Of a stretch of 64,000 nucleotides of DNA, positions 27,992-38,850 are shown in pieces. Source of the DNA: an uncultured Gemmataceae bacterium (GTDB taxonomy: Bacteria; Planctomycetota; Planctomycetia; Gemmatales; Gemmataceae). The DNA is taken from NCBI GenBank assembly GCA_963750165.1, contig CAVVPN010000004.1, positions 896,001-960,000 on the forward strand. Direction: 5' to 3'. The stretch's first letter is position 1. Every line of letters begins with the position of its first letter. Made by a program: the position numbers and the translations under genes. The notes under the pieces are model-generated. The model saw only the letters and a list, made by a program, of their open reading frames with translations, was not told where the DNA came from and made no database searches.

Positions 27992-28052
27992 GTGGGGCAG
28001 GCTGGAAAGCCTGCCCCACGAAGAAGCGGCAGACATTCCTGTCTACCCCACG
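27992..28052. repeat. REP-like palindromes
   Basis: GTGGGGCAGGCTGGAAAGCCTGCCCCAC plus GGCAGACATTCCTGTCTACCCCAC. Confidence 0.75.
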
Positions 28053-28106
28053 AGGGAAGCCTGTTTTATTGTGCAGCGGCCGTGCCGTGCTGGGTGAGAA
28101 AGTTCC

Positions 28107-29432
28107 ATGAAACCTTACGGTGTCGCGTTGATCGGCTGTGGCACGGTGGGCACCGGCGTGGCAAAACTCCTGCTGGAGCAGGCGCCGCGGCTGACGGCGC
28201 GGGCGGGCCGGCCGTTGCAACTCCGCCGTGTCGTCGTCCAGGATCCGTCGAAGCCGCGTGGCGCCGCGGTGCCGCGCGAACTGCTGACCACGGACCTGCG
28301 CACCGTCCTGAGCGACCCGCAGGTGGATGTGGCGGTTGAGGTGGTCGGCGGCGTCGATTGGGCGAAGCGGGCGGTGCTCGACCTGCTCGCGGCCGGCAAG
28401 GACGTGGTGACCGCCAACAAGGCGCTGCTGGCGCTGCACGGCAGCGAGGTGTTCGAGGCGGCCCGACGGCACGAGCGCGCGGTCGCCTTTGAAGCCAGCG
28501 TCGCCGGCGGCATCCCCATCATCGCCGCGCTCCGCGAGAGTCTGACTGCCAATCAAATCCTGTCCGTGCAGGGCATCCTCAACGGCACCAGCAATTTCAT
28601 CCTGACCGGCATGAGCGAACGCGGCGTCAGCTACGCCGAGATGCTGGCGGAGGCGCAGCGGCTGGGCTACGCCGAGGCGGACCCGTCCTTCGACGTGGAT
28701 GGCACCGACGCGGCGCACAAGCTGGCCATCCTCATCAAGCTGGCATTCGGTATGACGGTGCCGCTGACGGCGATCGCGCACCGCGGCATCCGCAACATCC
28801 AGCAGATGGACCTGCGCTATGCGAACGAACTCGGCTACAAGGTGAAGCTGGTCGCGGAGGCGTGGCAGCAGGAGGGCCAGCTGGCGGCGCACGTCTCGCC
28901 GCTGCTGGTCAAGCACATGGCGCCGCTGGCACAGGTGCGCAACACCTATAACGCGATCCACATTGTCGGCGATGTGGTCGGCGACACGCTGTACTATGGC
29001 CGCGGCGCCGGCCAGATGCCGACCGCCAGTGCGGTGGTTGCGGACGTGATCGACATGGCGGTGGGCCGGGCGCAGCAGACGTTTCAGACGCTGCGGCTGT
29101 GGGCGGCTGACAAGGGCGACCTGACGCTGCGGCCGGTGGCGACGGTGCGCAGCCGTTATTACGTGCGGCTGCTGGTCAAGGACCAGCCGGGCGTGCTGGC
29201 GGACATCACGCGGGTGCTGGCGCGGCACCAGATCAGCATCTCGTCGGTGGTGCAGCACGAGTCGTCGGACGAGCACGAGGGCGACGTGGTGCCGCTCATC
29301 ATCATGACGCACACGGCGGCAACGGGTGTGTTCAACGCGGCGATGGCCGAACTGGGCACGCTGCCGACGGTGGTGACGCCCAGCGCGTATTATCCGGTGG
29401 CGGACTACGATTTGCCGCGGTCGGGAGTGTGA
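28107..29432 (+). CDS. hom: Homoserine dehydrogenase with ACT domain
   Basis: GCGTVG, VVTANKA, FEASVAGGIP, GILNGTSNFIL, GYAEADP, DQPGVLA. Confidence 0.95.
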   Translation: MKPYGVALIGCGTVGTGVAKLLLEQAPRLTARAGRPLQLRRVVVQDPSKPRGAAVPRELLTTDLRTVLSDPQVDVAVEVVGGVDWAKRAVLDLLAAGKDVVTANKALLALHGSEVFEAARRHERAVAFEASVAGGIPIIAALRESLTANQILSVQGILNGTSNFILTGMSERGVSYAEMLAEAQRLGYAEADPSFDVDGTDAAHKLAILIKLAFGMTVPLTAIAHRGIRNIQQMDLRYANELGYKVKLVAEAWQQEGQLAAHVSPLLVKHMAPLAQVRNTYNAIHIVGDVVGDTLYYGRGAGQMPTASAVVADVIDMAVGRAQQTFQTLRLWAADKGDLTLRPVATVRSRYYVRLLVKDQPGVLADITRVLARHQISISSVVQHESSDEHEGDVVPLIIMTHTAATGVFNAAMAELGTLPTVVTPSAYYPVADYDLPRSGV

Positions 29433-29434
29433 TT

Positions 29435-29501
29435 CTTTTCGTGGTGCAGGCGTCCCGCCTGCGGAACCTCCATGCAGGCGGGACGCCTGCACCACGAAAA
29501 A
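29435..29501. repeat. REP-like inverted pair / terminator
   Basis: 28-bp perfect arms CTTTTCGTGGTGCAGGCGTCCCGCCTGC; related copy at 62565-62629. Confidence 0.88.
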
Positions 29502-29643
29502 GGGCCGCCGGCGTTGTGGCGCCGACGGCCCGTCCTGCCACCAGTGACGGACTCGCTTGACCGATTCCCCCTCGGACGTTATGGTCCCGCCTTCCGTGGG
29601 CGCTCCTGGCGCCTGCCACAGCGCGGAACCCGAGGGAGGATCT

Positions 29644-30995
29644 ATGGCAACCTGGCGAACCCTGCTCAGCCTGACCGTGGCCCTGGGCGTCACCACGGCC
29701 GCCCGGGCGCAGACCTGTACGTTGACCGAAACGCCGGCCGCGGGCACCTGCACCCGCAACCAACTGGCCATGAAGCTGACCGGTGTGCTCAAGGTTCAGC
29801 AGGAAGGCAAGACCCTGGAACTGAAACAAACCGCCGACGCCAACCACGATTACCTGGAGCGCATTCTGGCGGTCGAGGGCGGCGTCGCTCACCGCGCCGC
29901 CCGCCATTACCAGACGGCCCGGGTGGTCATTACCGTGAACGGCCAGCGCGTCGAGAACACGCTGCGGTCGGATCGGGCGGCCCTGCTCGTGGCTCAGCGG
30001 CACCGCGATCAGGTGTTCGCCTACTGTCCCAAAGACCACCTGACGCGCGATGAGCTGCACGTCACCGAGCACTTCGACACGCTGTCGCTGCCGGGCCTGC
30101 TGCCGCAGCGCGAGGTGAAGGTCGGCGACACCTGGAAGGTTGCCAACGCCACGGTGCAGGCGCTGTGCAACTTCGAGGGGCTGACCACTCAAACCTTGAC
30201 CGGCAAACTGGAGACGGTTCAGGGCACAGCGGCACACGTCAGCGTCACCGGTACCGCGGCCGGCATCGACCTGGGCGCCGAGGTCAAGGTGAGCATCACC
30301 GCCGGGCTGGTATACGACCTGACCGCGAAGCGCATCACGAAGGTGGAGTGGAAGCAATCCGATGCGCGCACGCAGGGTCCGGTCAGCCCGGCCGGCATGG
30401 TCGAACTGGTCATCAGCCTGAACCGGGTCGGCACGGACACGCCCGCGGAGTTGAACGACTACGCCATTGTGCCGGTGCCGCCGGGGCCGCTGCCGCCGGA
30501 GGACATGAAGTTGCTCGTCTATGCGGACCCCAGGGGCCGCTACGACATCCTGCACACGCGCGAGTGGCAGCTGGTCGGCCGGACGGACGAGCACCTGGTG
30601 CTGCGGTTGATGGACCGCGGTGAGTTCGTGGCCCAGGTCACCGTGGCGCCTGGAAAAAGGCCCGGTCGGGCGAGCACCTGAGCGGCAAGGAGTTCGAGGC
30701 CCTGGTGCAGAACACGCCGGGCTGGCAGACGGAAGAGGTGTTGAAGGACGACACGCGCGAGTTGCAGGATTTGCAGCCGGGCTACTGGGCCTACCGCGTG
30801 GCGGCGCAGGGCCGGCTGGATGGCGTGTCGGTGCTGCAGTACTTCTGCCTGCTGGCCGGGCCGCAGGGCGAGCAGCTGGTGCTGACGTTCACCATGAAGC
30901 CGGGCGAATCCGCGAAGCTGGACACGCGCGATTTGAATTTGCTGCGCGGCGTCACGTTTCCCGCGGCGCGAGCGCCGGAGGTGAAGGGGCAGTGA
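29644..30995 (+). CDS. Secreted hypothetical protein (frameshift near 30650)
   Basis: GGAGG RBS, signal peptide MATWRTLL...ARA; one extra base joins ORFs as VAPWKKARSGEHLSGKEFEALVQNTPGW. Confidence 0.75.
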
Positions 30996-31000
30996 GTTGC

Positions 31001-31058
31001 CTCACGGGGTTCGTTCCACAGCGATCCGAATGGATTGCTGCGGAACGAACCCCGCGAG
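31001..31058. repeat. REP-like hairpin
   Basis: CTCACGGGGTTCGTTCCACAGCGATCC, loop GAAT, GGATTGCTGCGGAACGAACCCCGCGAG. Confidence 0.8.
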
Positions 31059-31066
31059 TCGTTCCT

Positions 31067-31290
31067 TCAAGGGAGGAAAAGCCGGCCGGTACCCAGAACC
31101 TCGTCAATCCGCGTCAGGTAATCCAGAAACTGCTCTGCCAGACGGCGGCAATAATCGCAGTCCTTCAGTAGCCGCCTTGCGTTCGCCAGGGGTAAACACA
31201 GGCAAACTGGTTAACGTGTTCTCAGTCCGAATGGTTGCTTCCAGGGAATCAGGCCCGTCGTCATTCCGGGTCGCGGTCAGGAGGCCACCT
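31067..31290 (-). pseudogene. C-terminal relic of a PIN-like (DUF5615-type) protein
   Basis: LLTATRNDDGPDSLEATIRTENTLTSLPVFT / LANARRLLKDCDYCRRLAEQFLDYLTRIDEVLGTGRLFLP* with an extra base at 31189-31192; no N-terminus; family recalled, unverified. Confidence 0.6.
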
Positions 31291-31355
31291 CGCAAGCAAA
31301 GTCGATATTTGAGTCGATGGGTGTATTCTACTCGCCTGGTGCGCCGCAGCAAACC

Positions 31356-31913
31356 TTAACCCGTCTTCACCGCCCCGTCGCCCGGCGGTTGCGTGGGCGG
31401 CGGGACAGGCTTCAGCACCGTCACGGCGTTGGCCACGAGGCTGCCGTTGGGCACGAAGATGGTTTTGCCCTCCGCGTCCAGCACGGTGTAGCGCAGGTTA
31501 ATCTCCGTGACGGTCCCCTCCAGGTCGGTTACGCGGATCACGTCGCCGGTGTGGAACGGCTTGTACAGCAGGATGAGGATGCCCGACAGGGCATTGGAGA
31601 GGATGTCCTTGAGCGCGAAGCCCAGGGCGAAGCCGGCCAGGCCCAGGCCGGCGACCAGGGCGGTCACGTCCACGCCCAGCGTGCCCAGCGCCGACAGCAC
31701 GCCGAACACCAGCACCACGACGCGCACCGCCTGGCCCAGGTAGCGCGTCAGGTTCACGTCCAGGCGCTTCACCCGGGCCAGCCGCAACATCACGTTTTGC
31801 AGGGCGTTGGCGATGAACCACGCGGCCGTCAGCAGCGCCAGACCGGCCAGCAGACGCGGTGCGTACAGCAGCACACTGTTCCACAAGACGTGCCAGTTCA
31901 GGTTGTCCCACAC
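31356..31913 (-). CDS. mscS: Small-conductance mechanosensitive channel
   Basis: GLAGFALGFALKDILSN, PFHTGDVI, GTVTEINLRYT, IFVPN; short form lacking the full C-terminal domain. Confidence 0.85.
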   Translation of the reverse strand: MWDNLNWHVLWNSVLLYAPRLLAGLALLTAAWFIANALQNVMLRLARVKRLDVNLTRYLGQAVRVVVLVFGVLSALGTLGVDVTALVAGLGLAGFALGFALKDILSNALSGILILLYKPFHTGDVIRVTDLEGTVTEINLRYTVLDAEGKTIFVPNGSLVANAVTVLKPVPPPTQPPGDGAVKTG

Positions 31914-31940
31914 CGCGGTCGCCCTCGCCGGCCGCCCCGG

Positions 31941-32810
31941 TCAGAGCGCCGGGGCCGGGGCCGGCGTCTCCGTTACAACGCGCCCGGCCTCGTCCACCCG
32001 AACGCGGGCGCTCACCACCTCCGAGGTCTCCCCGAGCACTTCCCGCGCCAGGGCTGCGTAATCGGCGGCGCCGTGGCAACTCGGGGCGTAGGCGAAGACT
32101 GATTTGCCGAAGCTCGGGCACTCGGCCAGCTTGATGTTGCGGCGGATGCGCGTCGCGAACACCTGGGCGTTGGCCCAGGGGACGTTGCCGCCACGGCTGC
32201 GCTCCAGGAAAGCGCTCAGATCCTTGAGGACCTCCTGCGCCAGCCGCGTGTTGGCCTCGAACAGGCACAGCACGATACCGCTGACCTTCAGCCCCGGGTT
32301 GATGCGCCGGGCAACCAGGGCGGTCGTCTCGAACAGTTTGCCCAGGCCGTGCAGCGCCAGGAAGTGCGGTTGCAGGGGGATGAACACCTCGGTCGCCGCC
32401 GCCAGCGCGTTGAGCGTCAGCACGCCCAGCGACGGGGCGCAGTCCATCAATACGAAGTCGAAGGTTTCCTGGTCCTGCGCCAGCGCGTCGCGCAGGATCA
32501 CCTCGCGGCCGACGACGCCGGCCAGTTCGACCTCCGCGGCGGCCAGGTTGATGTCGGAACCGGCGAGCCAGAGGTTGTCTTCCACCGGACGGCGCACCCG
32601 GCTCAGGGGGGTCGATTCGAGGAGCACGTCGTACAACGACGGCGCCTGACCGTCCAGTTCGACGCCGAGGTGGCCGGTGGCGTGCGCCTGCGGGTCGAGG
32701 TCGAGCACGCACACGCGCCGGCCGCTGCGCCACGGCGCCGCTGCCAGGTTGACCGCTGTCGTCGTCTTGCCCACGCCGCCTTTTTGATTGATGACCGCAA
32801 TCCGTCGCAT
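31941..32810 (-). CDS. ParA/Soj-family ATPase (no adjacent parB)
   Basis: [38 protein letters not shown]. Confidence 0.92.
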   Translation of the reverse strand: MRRIAVINQKGGVGKTTTAVNLAAAPWRSGRRVCVLDLDPQAHATGHLGVELDGQAPSLYDVLLESTPLSRVRRPVEDNLWLAGSDINLAAAEVELAGVVGREVILRDALAQDQETFDFVLMDCAPSLGVLTLNALAAATEVFIPLQPHFLALHGLGKLFETTALVARRINPGLKVSGIVLCLFEANTRLAQEVLKDLSAFLERSRGGNVPWANAQVFATRIRRNIKLAECPSFGKSVFAYAPSCHGAADYAALAREVLGETSEVVSARVRVDEAGRVVTETPAPAPAL

Positions 32811-33053
32811 GTGTCTCCCTCGCTGGCATCCGTCTCCGCGAAGTCCCAACCGGAGGGCCGATTTTACCCCGGCTCGCCTTGTCGGGATACCCCAACCCCG
32901 GCCCGCAGGCCGCTGGTCCGAGCCCGAGCGCCAGCGCGGGGCCTGCTGCCAGCTCGCTGGCGCTCGGGCTCGGACGGACGATGGAAACGCAGCGGGGCCG
33001 CGGGTCGTCTCTGGACCCGCGGCCCCGCCGCGTGCTGCCGCCTGCTCCGACGG

Positions 33054-33821
33054 TCAGTGTCCCGCCTCCGCCGGCTTGAGCGGCAGTTTCACTGTGAACT
33101 TCGAGCCCTTGCCCACCAGGCTCTCGACGCGGATGCGGCCCTGGTGCTGCTCGATGATCTGCCGGCACACACTCAGCCCCAGGCCGCTGCCGCCGTGGCC
33201 GTGCTCGTCCGGTTCCTTGGTCGTGTAGAACGGCTCGAAAATCAGCCGCAGCTGCTCCGGCGGAATGCCGACGCCCGTGTCACTAATGCGGATTTCCGCC
33301 ATCTGCGTCTGCTCGTTCTCGCGCACCTCGATCCGCAGGTGGCCACCGCGCGGCATCGCCTGGCGGGCGTTGATAATCAGGTTCAGCAATATCTGCTCGA
33401 TCTGGCCGCGCACCACCGGCGCCCGCGGCCGGCCCTGGAACTTCTTCTCCACATGCACGAGGTGCTTGCTCAGATCCTTGTCCGTGAGCACCAGCACCTC
33501 TTCCACCAGATCGATCAGGTCGGTCACCTCGCGGTGCGTGGTGTGGTTGCGCGTGAAACCGAGCATGCTGCTGATGATGGTGGCGGCGCGCTGACTACCC
33601 TTGAGGATCTTCTCCAGGGCCTGCATCCGGCCCGCCTCGTCGCAGGTCGGGCGCATCCCCAGTTTGGCGTAGTTGATGATCGTCGTCAGGATGTTGTTGA
33701 ACTCGTGGGCAACGCTGGAGGCCAGGGTGCCGACACTGCTGAGCCGCTGGGCACGCAGCAGTTGTTCGCGCAACTGGTCCGTTTCCGTCGTGTGGGGGGC
33801 CATGACGTCCTCGCCGATCAT
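33054..33821 (-). CDS. Histidine kinase lacking a sensor domain
   Basis: AHEFNNIL H-box, NLIINARQAM, DTGVGI, FEPFYTTK, GSGLGL. Confidence 0.92.
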   Translation of the reverse strand: MIGEDVMAPHTTETDQLREQLLRAQRLSSVGTLASSVAHEFNNILTTIINYAKLGMRPTCDEAGRMQALEKILKGSQRAATIISSMLGFTRNHTTHREVTDLIDLVEEVLVLTDKDLSKHLVHVEKKFQGRPRAPVVRGQIEQILLNLIINARQAMPRGGHLRIEVRENEQTQMAEIRISDTGVGIPPEQLRLIFEPFYTTKEPDEHGHGGSGLGLSVCRQIIEQHQGRIRVESLVGKGSKFTVKLPLKPAEAGH

Positions 33822-34071
33822 GAAGTCGCCTCCAGGCATTGGGGGGTCCGAGGGGGCGGTTCGCCCGCAGTGACCGCGGCGCTGACCGCCGGGGGTCGTT
33901 TATTTGCTCTTGAAATGGTATCGGCCGGCCCGAAAGGGCCTCTTCATCGGAAGTCATTGTGAATCAGCGATTAACAGCGACAAGGCGGGGAACGGCCGCA
34001 GACGGGGCGGCGGCGGTGGGGTGTGGAACGTGCCGCGAGTGGGGAGGCACGGGAAGCCGCGGGGATTGCGG

Positions 34072-34701
34072 TCAGCGACCGGCCTCGTCCTCGGCGATGA
34101 CGACGGTGTTGAGGCGCAGCGCTTGCCAGCGCTCGCCGTCGGTGACCAGTTCGTTGACACCGACGTTGCGCATGGGGCCGAACTGGTGCCAGTGGGCGGC
34201 ACCCAGTCCGGGCAACAAACTCAGCAGCAGTACGCGGATGACAACGCCGTGAGCGACCACGATCAGGGTGTGGCCCGCGGCGGCGCTCGTCAGGCGCTGC
34301 CAGACCGGCAGCACACGGTCGCGGATGGCGTCGAAGGATTCGGCGCCGTCCGGGGCGTAGGCGGTGTCGCCGGCGAGCCAGCGGCGCAGCGTCTCCGGCC
34401 AGACACCCTCGGTCGCCTTGACGGACGTGCCGCTCAGGGCGCCGACGCGGCGCTCGTGCAACTGCGGCTCGATCTGCAAGGGCAGCCCGCAGGCGGCGGC
34501 GATGGGCGTGGCGGTGAGGACGGCCCGGCGCATGGCGGAGGAGACGACGAGGTGCGGCCGTTCCGCGGCCAGCACGGGGGTGATGAGAGCGACCTGACGC
34601 TGGCCGCGGTCGCTCAGGCCGACGTCGGATTCGGCGCCGTGGAAGATGGCGGGGTTGGCGGTCTCGGCGTGGCGCAGCAGCAGGACGCGGGTGAAGGACA
34701 A
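34072..34701 (-). CDS. Histidine phosphatase (phosphoglycerate mutase) family
   Basis: LLRHAET, SSAMRRA, GAES, VAHGVVIR; TTG start inferred from GGAG. Confidence 0.88.
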   Translation of the reverse strand: MSFTRVLLLRHAETANPAIFHGAESDVGLSDRGQRQVALITPVLAAERPHLVVSSAMRRAVLTATPIAAACGLPLQIEPQLHERRVGALSGTSVKATEGVWPETLRRWLAGDTAYAPDGAESFDAIRDRVLPVWQRLTSAAAGHTLIVVAHGVVIRVLLLSLLPGLGAAHWHQFGPMRNVGVNELVTDGERWQALRLNTVVIAEDEAGR

Positions 34702-34922
34702 GCGAGGCTCCGAACTGGGAGACAATCGAAGATTATGATCCTTTGCGCCGAAAATCGATCTCTGGAACGAAGCGCCCCAGGACACGCCCCGATTCGTCGC
34801 ACAGCATCAGGGGTTGAGTGAAATTGTGCATTTGTCTCGCAGCGTGTCGTCAGCGGTCACGGTCGTCCTGGTCAAACCTCCCTTTCCTTCTGCCAGGATG
34901 GGTCGAAGGAGTCGGTGCCATT

Positions 34923-36716
34923 CTACCCAGTTCGATCCGGCTCCGCAATCGACGCCGCGACCTTGATGACGATGCAACTGATGTTATCACCGCAGCCCAG
35001 CGGCTCCTCAGGCGACGGCGGCCGTTGCAAGGCGTCGGCGGCCTCGGCCAGGCGCCAGGCCAGTTCCTCCGCCGACAGCGCCGCGTGCGCCGCCACCAGC
35101 GCCGCCAGCTCCACCGGCTCCAGGAAATAGCCCTCATCCACCAGACCGTCGGTACACAGCACCAGCACGTCGCCTGGTTGCAGCGGCCAGGTTGTGATCG
35201 ACGGCTTGCAGAACTGCTCATGGATGATCGGCCGGCCCGCGGCGTCGCGCGTGCAGCCGCCGATGCAGTCGCGCAGCGCTCCCGCCATGCCGCCCAGGTC
35301 GCGCACGCCCTCCGGCGCCACCCCCGCCACCACCAGCGACGAACCCACGTCGCCGTCCACCGTCAACTGCTCCACACGGCCGTTGCGGATCAGGTACGCC
35401 CGGCTGTCGCCCAGGTTGGCCAGCGTCACTGCCCTCCCCTGCAACCAGGCGGCCGTCAAGGTCGAGCCCATCAACTCCTGGCCCTCGGCCAGCGCCGGGC
35501 CGTGACCGTTGGCCAGCGCCCACGCCACCAGCGCCTCCGCCGTCCCCCGACACACCCGGGCAATGTCGGCCGTGAAGCGGTCCCGGTGCCAGTCCGCGGT
35601 CACGGTCGCGTCCAGGGCGGCGCAGGTCATCTGGCTCGCCAGGGTGCCGCTGCCGACGGCGCAACTGGTGATGCCGTCCGCCACCGCCGCCAGCGCCCGC
35701 TCCGGGCCCTGCAGCCGCCGCACCAGGAACTGGTCCTCGTTGACGCCGCCGCGGGCGGCCTTGGTTCGGCCCGTCCGCGTGTGGCCGCCGACCTGCCAGG
35801 CCAGCGGCCCGACCACAGTGGCACAGCGCCGGGCGTCGTTCAGTGCCCGCGCCAGCGCGTCGCAGAACGCGGCGGGCGTCGGCAGCCGCTGGGCCGGGGA
35901 CGGGCGCAGGGCGTCCGCCAGCACGGTCGGCACCCCGAACGGCAGCGCCGGCATGAACAGGCGCAGCGGCGGTAGCTCGAAGCCGAACGCCGCCGGACCG
36001 CCACCGACGAAGCCGCGCGGCAGCAGTCGCGCCAGCCAGTAGTAGGCGAACAGCCCCAGCCGGTAGACGTCCGTCGCCGGGCCGGCGGCGCTGCGGCGCT
36101 CGGACATCAGTTCCGGAGCCACGAAGCCGGGCGGGATCGGCGTGTCCGCCGTGGCCTGGTCGAATGGGAACAGCGTCACGTCGAGGTTGGTGAAGTGCAG
36201 CTGATCGGGGCGGAGGAAGGGCGTCTCCAGTTCAGCGGGGTCGAAATTCAACCAGAACCAGCCGTGCTCGTGCAGTTCGGTCAGCGCCGTTGCCAGGGCC
36301 CGCAGGAAGGTCAGCAGTCGGGCGACCTCGGCGAGCGGGTCCGGAGCGGGCTGCTCCCACCAGGGCGGCAGCCGCTGGCCCCGGCAGACGACGGCCACCC
36401 AGACGCCGGCCTCGTCCTCGACGACGCGCGCCGGCGCCAGCCCCGCCAGCCGGCAGGTCGCGCGGCGGCGGATGCGCTGCCGCCATGCCGGCCAGGCGGC
36501 CGCGTCGATCCAGTGCAGCCGCCAGTCGTGCCGGCCCGACCTCACCGTGACTGACGCCTCGGGGTGCGTCAGCCGGCCAGCCTGCTCGGCGCTGAGGTAC
36601 AGCGGCGCTTCCGGCGACAGCGGACACACGCACGGCGCGGGCCGCAACGGGGCGCAGCAGCCACAACCGTTTGTGGTCGGCGTGGCGGTGCCACAGACCG
36701 GACAGGTCGCCAGCAT
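34923..36716 (-). CDS. Pseudokinase-PP2C phosphatase fusion
   Basis: Cys-rich N-terminus; GFVAPE and TDVYRLG kept, HRD/DFG replaced; NEDQF, VADGI, NLGDSRAY, CTDGL, GDNIS. Confidence 0.85.
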   Translation of the reverse strand: MLATCPVCGTATPTTNGCGCCAPLRPAPCVCPLSPEAPLYLSAEQAGRLTHPEASVTVRSGRHDWRLHWIDAAAWPAWRQRIRRRATCRLAGLAPARVVEDEAGVWVAVVCRGQRLPPWWEQPAPDPLAEVARLLTFLRALATALTELHEHGWFWLNFDPAELETPFLRPDQLHFTNLDVTLFPFDQATADTPIPPGFVAPELMSERRSAAGPATDVYRLGLFAYYWLARLLPRGFVGGGPAAFGFELPPLRLFMPALPFGVPTVLADALRPSPAQRLPTPAAFCDALARALNDARRCATVVGPLAWQVGGHTRTGRTKAARGGVNEDQFLVRRLQGPERALAAVADGITSCAVGSGTLASQMTCAALDATVTADWHRDRFTADIARVCRGTAEALVAWALANGHGPALAEGQELMGSTLTAAWLQGRAVTLANLGDSRAYLIRNGRVEQLTVDGDVGSSLVVAGVAPEGVRDLGGMAGALRDCIGGCTRDAAGRPIIHEQFCKPSITTWPLQPGDVLVLCTDGLVDEGYFLEPVELAALVAAHAALSAEELAWRLAEAADALQRPPSPEEPLGCGDNISCIVIKVAASIAEPDRTG

Positions 36717-36880
36717 GATTCCCCTCGACGCGGGCCTGATGGGAAAGTTCGCACAAGCATAGGCCGTATCGGCGGGTCGCGCCGGAATCGACAAACAGAA
36801 CAGCTAGAAAACGGCCGCGGGCTGCGGCGCCGGCCCGAAGCCCGCACCGCAGCCCGCTGGTTGGCCGCACACCCCGCCCC

Positions 36881-38476
36881 TTACTGGAACACGCTCTTCA
36901 GCCCATCGATGGCGAGCTGTACAAGCAGCACGAGCCCGACGAGGACGCCGACCACGGCGGCGACGCGCCAGCAGATGCCCAGCCAGTAGCCCGTCGCGTC
37001 CACCGACTCCTCCTCCTTCGTGGCCTGCGCCCGCTTCTGTTCCGCGTCCTCGATCTTCTTGAACTCCTTGCGGAAACGTGACGTTTGTTTATCGACGCCG
37101 CTGCGGGCGGTTCGACCCAGCACCGCGCTCTGAAACTCCTTGTACGTCGCCAGCGTGCGGAAGCCCTCCCTGGAACTGCGGCTAACCTTTGTCGCGGGGT
37201 CGAACTGCTCGCCGCCGATCCACTCCAGCAACTGGGCCGTCGTCATCTTGCGCACAACGCCCACGCCGTCCCCGGTGCGCTGCCGCAGATACCAGACATC
37301 CGGCGGCGGCTTGGTCGGCGGCGCTGGCGTCATCGTGGACTGCGCCTGCGGCACCGTCGTCTTGGCGGCCTTCAGCGGGACGGACTTCGGCCCGGCGTCG
37401 GGCTGGTCCAGGAACTCCAGCCGTGCGCTCGCCAGTCCCAAACTCTCCAGATCGCGGATCACCTCGGCGCAGCTGGCGTAGCGATACTTCACCTGCTTGG
37501 CGGTCATCTTGAGGATGACCAGATCCAGCTTCTCGGGCACCTCCGGGTTGCTCTGCCGGGCTGGCGCGAAGGTGCCGGCCTCCTTGGCCTGGATCACGTC
37601 CACCAGCGTCTTGCCGGTGAACGGCGGTTGGCCGGTCAGCAGGCAGTAGAGCACGCAACCCAGGGCGTAGATGTCACAGCGGTGGTCGGCCTCCTTGGCG
37701 TTGCGCGCCTGCTCCAGCGGCATGTACCACGGCGTGCCGACCGCATGGCCGGTCTGCGTCAGGGACATGTCCTCATCGAGCTGCTTGACCATGCCCAGGT
37801 CCGCGATCTTGACAACGCCCTGCCGCGTGATCAGGATGTTGTCCGGTTTCACGTCGCGGTGGATGACGCCGTGCTCGTGAGCGTGCTGCAGCCCGGCGGC
37901 ACAGCGCTGGATAATATGCACCGCGTCGCCGACCGCCAGCCGGCCCTGGCGCTGCAGGATCTTTTGCAGGCTTTCGCCATCGACGAACTCCATGGCGAAG
38001 AAATGGCAGCCGTGGTCCTCGCCGACCTCGTAGCCCTGCACGATGTTGGGGTGGTCGAGGCGGCCGGTGGCGCGGGCCTCGCGGTAGAAGCGCTCGACGA
38101 GCTTGGGGTTGCTGGCGATGTGCTTGAACAGCACCTTGACCGCTACCTCGCGCGGGTAGTTGAGCTGGCGGGCGCGGTACACCTCGCCCATGGCGCCCTC
38201 GCCGAGCTTCTTGAGCAGGCGGTAGTCGCCCAGGGTATTGTCGGCGCGCTGGTTCGGGCCCTCACCGCCGGCGGGCAGTTGCTCCTCGGGTGCGTTCTCG
38301 GTATCTTTGGAGTCGGCGCCTGCCAGAACACGGGTCGAGCCCAGGGCGGCCCAGTCCTCCGGAGCCACATCCGCCGGCGGTCCCCCCTCGGCGGACGGGG
38401 GGCCTGGCAGGTCGGCGGGCCGGCGCGCGGGCTTTGGCTCGGGGGGCTTGGCGGAGGCAGCCGGGTCGTGGTTCAT
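36881..38476 (-). CDS. Ser/Thr protein kinase with C-terminal TM
   Basis: LGEGAMGEV, VAVK, HRDVKPDN, DLG, GTPWYMPLE. Confidence 0.93.
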   Translation of the reverse strand: MNHDPAASAKPPEPKPARRPADLPGPPSAEGGPPADVAPEDWAALGSTRVLAGADSKDTENAPEEQLPAGGEGPNQRADNTLGDYRLLKKLGEGAMGEVYRARQLNYPREVAVKVLFKHIASNPKLVERFYREARATGRLDHPNIVQGYEVGEDHGCHFFAMEFVDGESLQKILQRQGRLAVGDAVHIIQRCAAGLQHAHEHGVIHRDVKPDNILITRQGVVKIADLGMVKQLDEDMSLTQTGHAVGTPWYMPLEQARNAKEADHRCDIYALGCVLYCLLTGQPPFTGKTLVDVIQAKEAGTFAPARQSNPEVPEKLDLVILKMTAKQVKYRYASCAEVIRDLESLGLASARLEFLDQPDAGPKSVPLKAAKTTVPQAQSTMTPAPPTKPPPDVWYLRQRTGDGVGVVRKMTTAQLLEWIGGEQFDPATKVSRSSREGFRTLATYKEFQSAVLGRTARSGVDKQTSRFRKEFKKIEDAEQKRAQATKEEESVDATGYWLGICWRVAAVVGVLVGLVLLVQLAIDGLKSVFQ

Positions 38477-38850
38477 TCCATCCTCAACTTTGCGCTGACG
38501 ATGCGCCGTGGGGGGGCGTCCTGGCACTGCAACCCGCGCTGGCCCCGAGCTTGCGGGCCGCGCCCAGCTGTTATCGTGGTTTTATGGGTCGGAACGCGGG
38601 TTCGCAACTCCGAACCGAGGTGGACTTTTTCACATTATAGCACAGTCCCGCCCGCAAATCTCAACATTGTTACGTCCGCGGGAATACGCGGAGCCGACGT
38701 GAGAAGCCCCCGGTCGGCGCTTCCCTGGGTTGAACCCCTGTTCGGAGCCAGTGACTCGCTACAATAGAGAAAACGTCCCGTTGATGCGTTTTCCCATCCA
38801 ACTTCCTTTCCGGCGGGCACCCCCGCCTTCCCCGTTACGGAGGACGACCG

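Noticed and set aside
32725..32745. Odd AAAPWRSG segment in ParA as a functional variant
   Set aside because: May be a local sequencing error; cannot be assessed without reads
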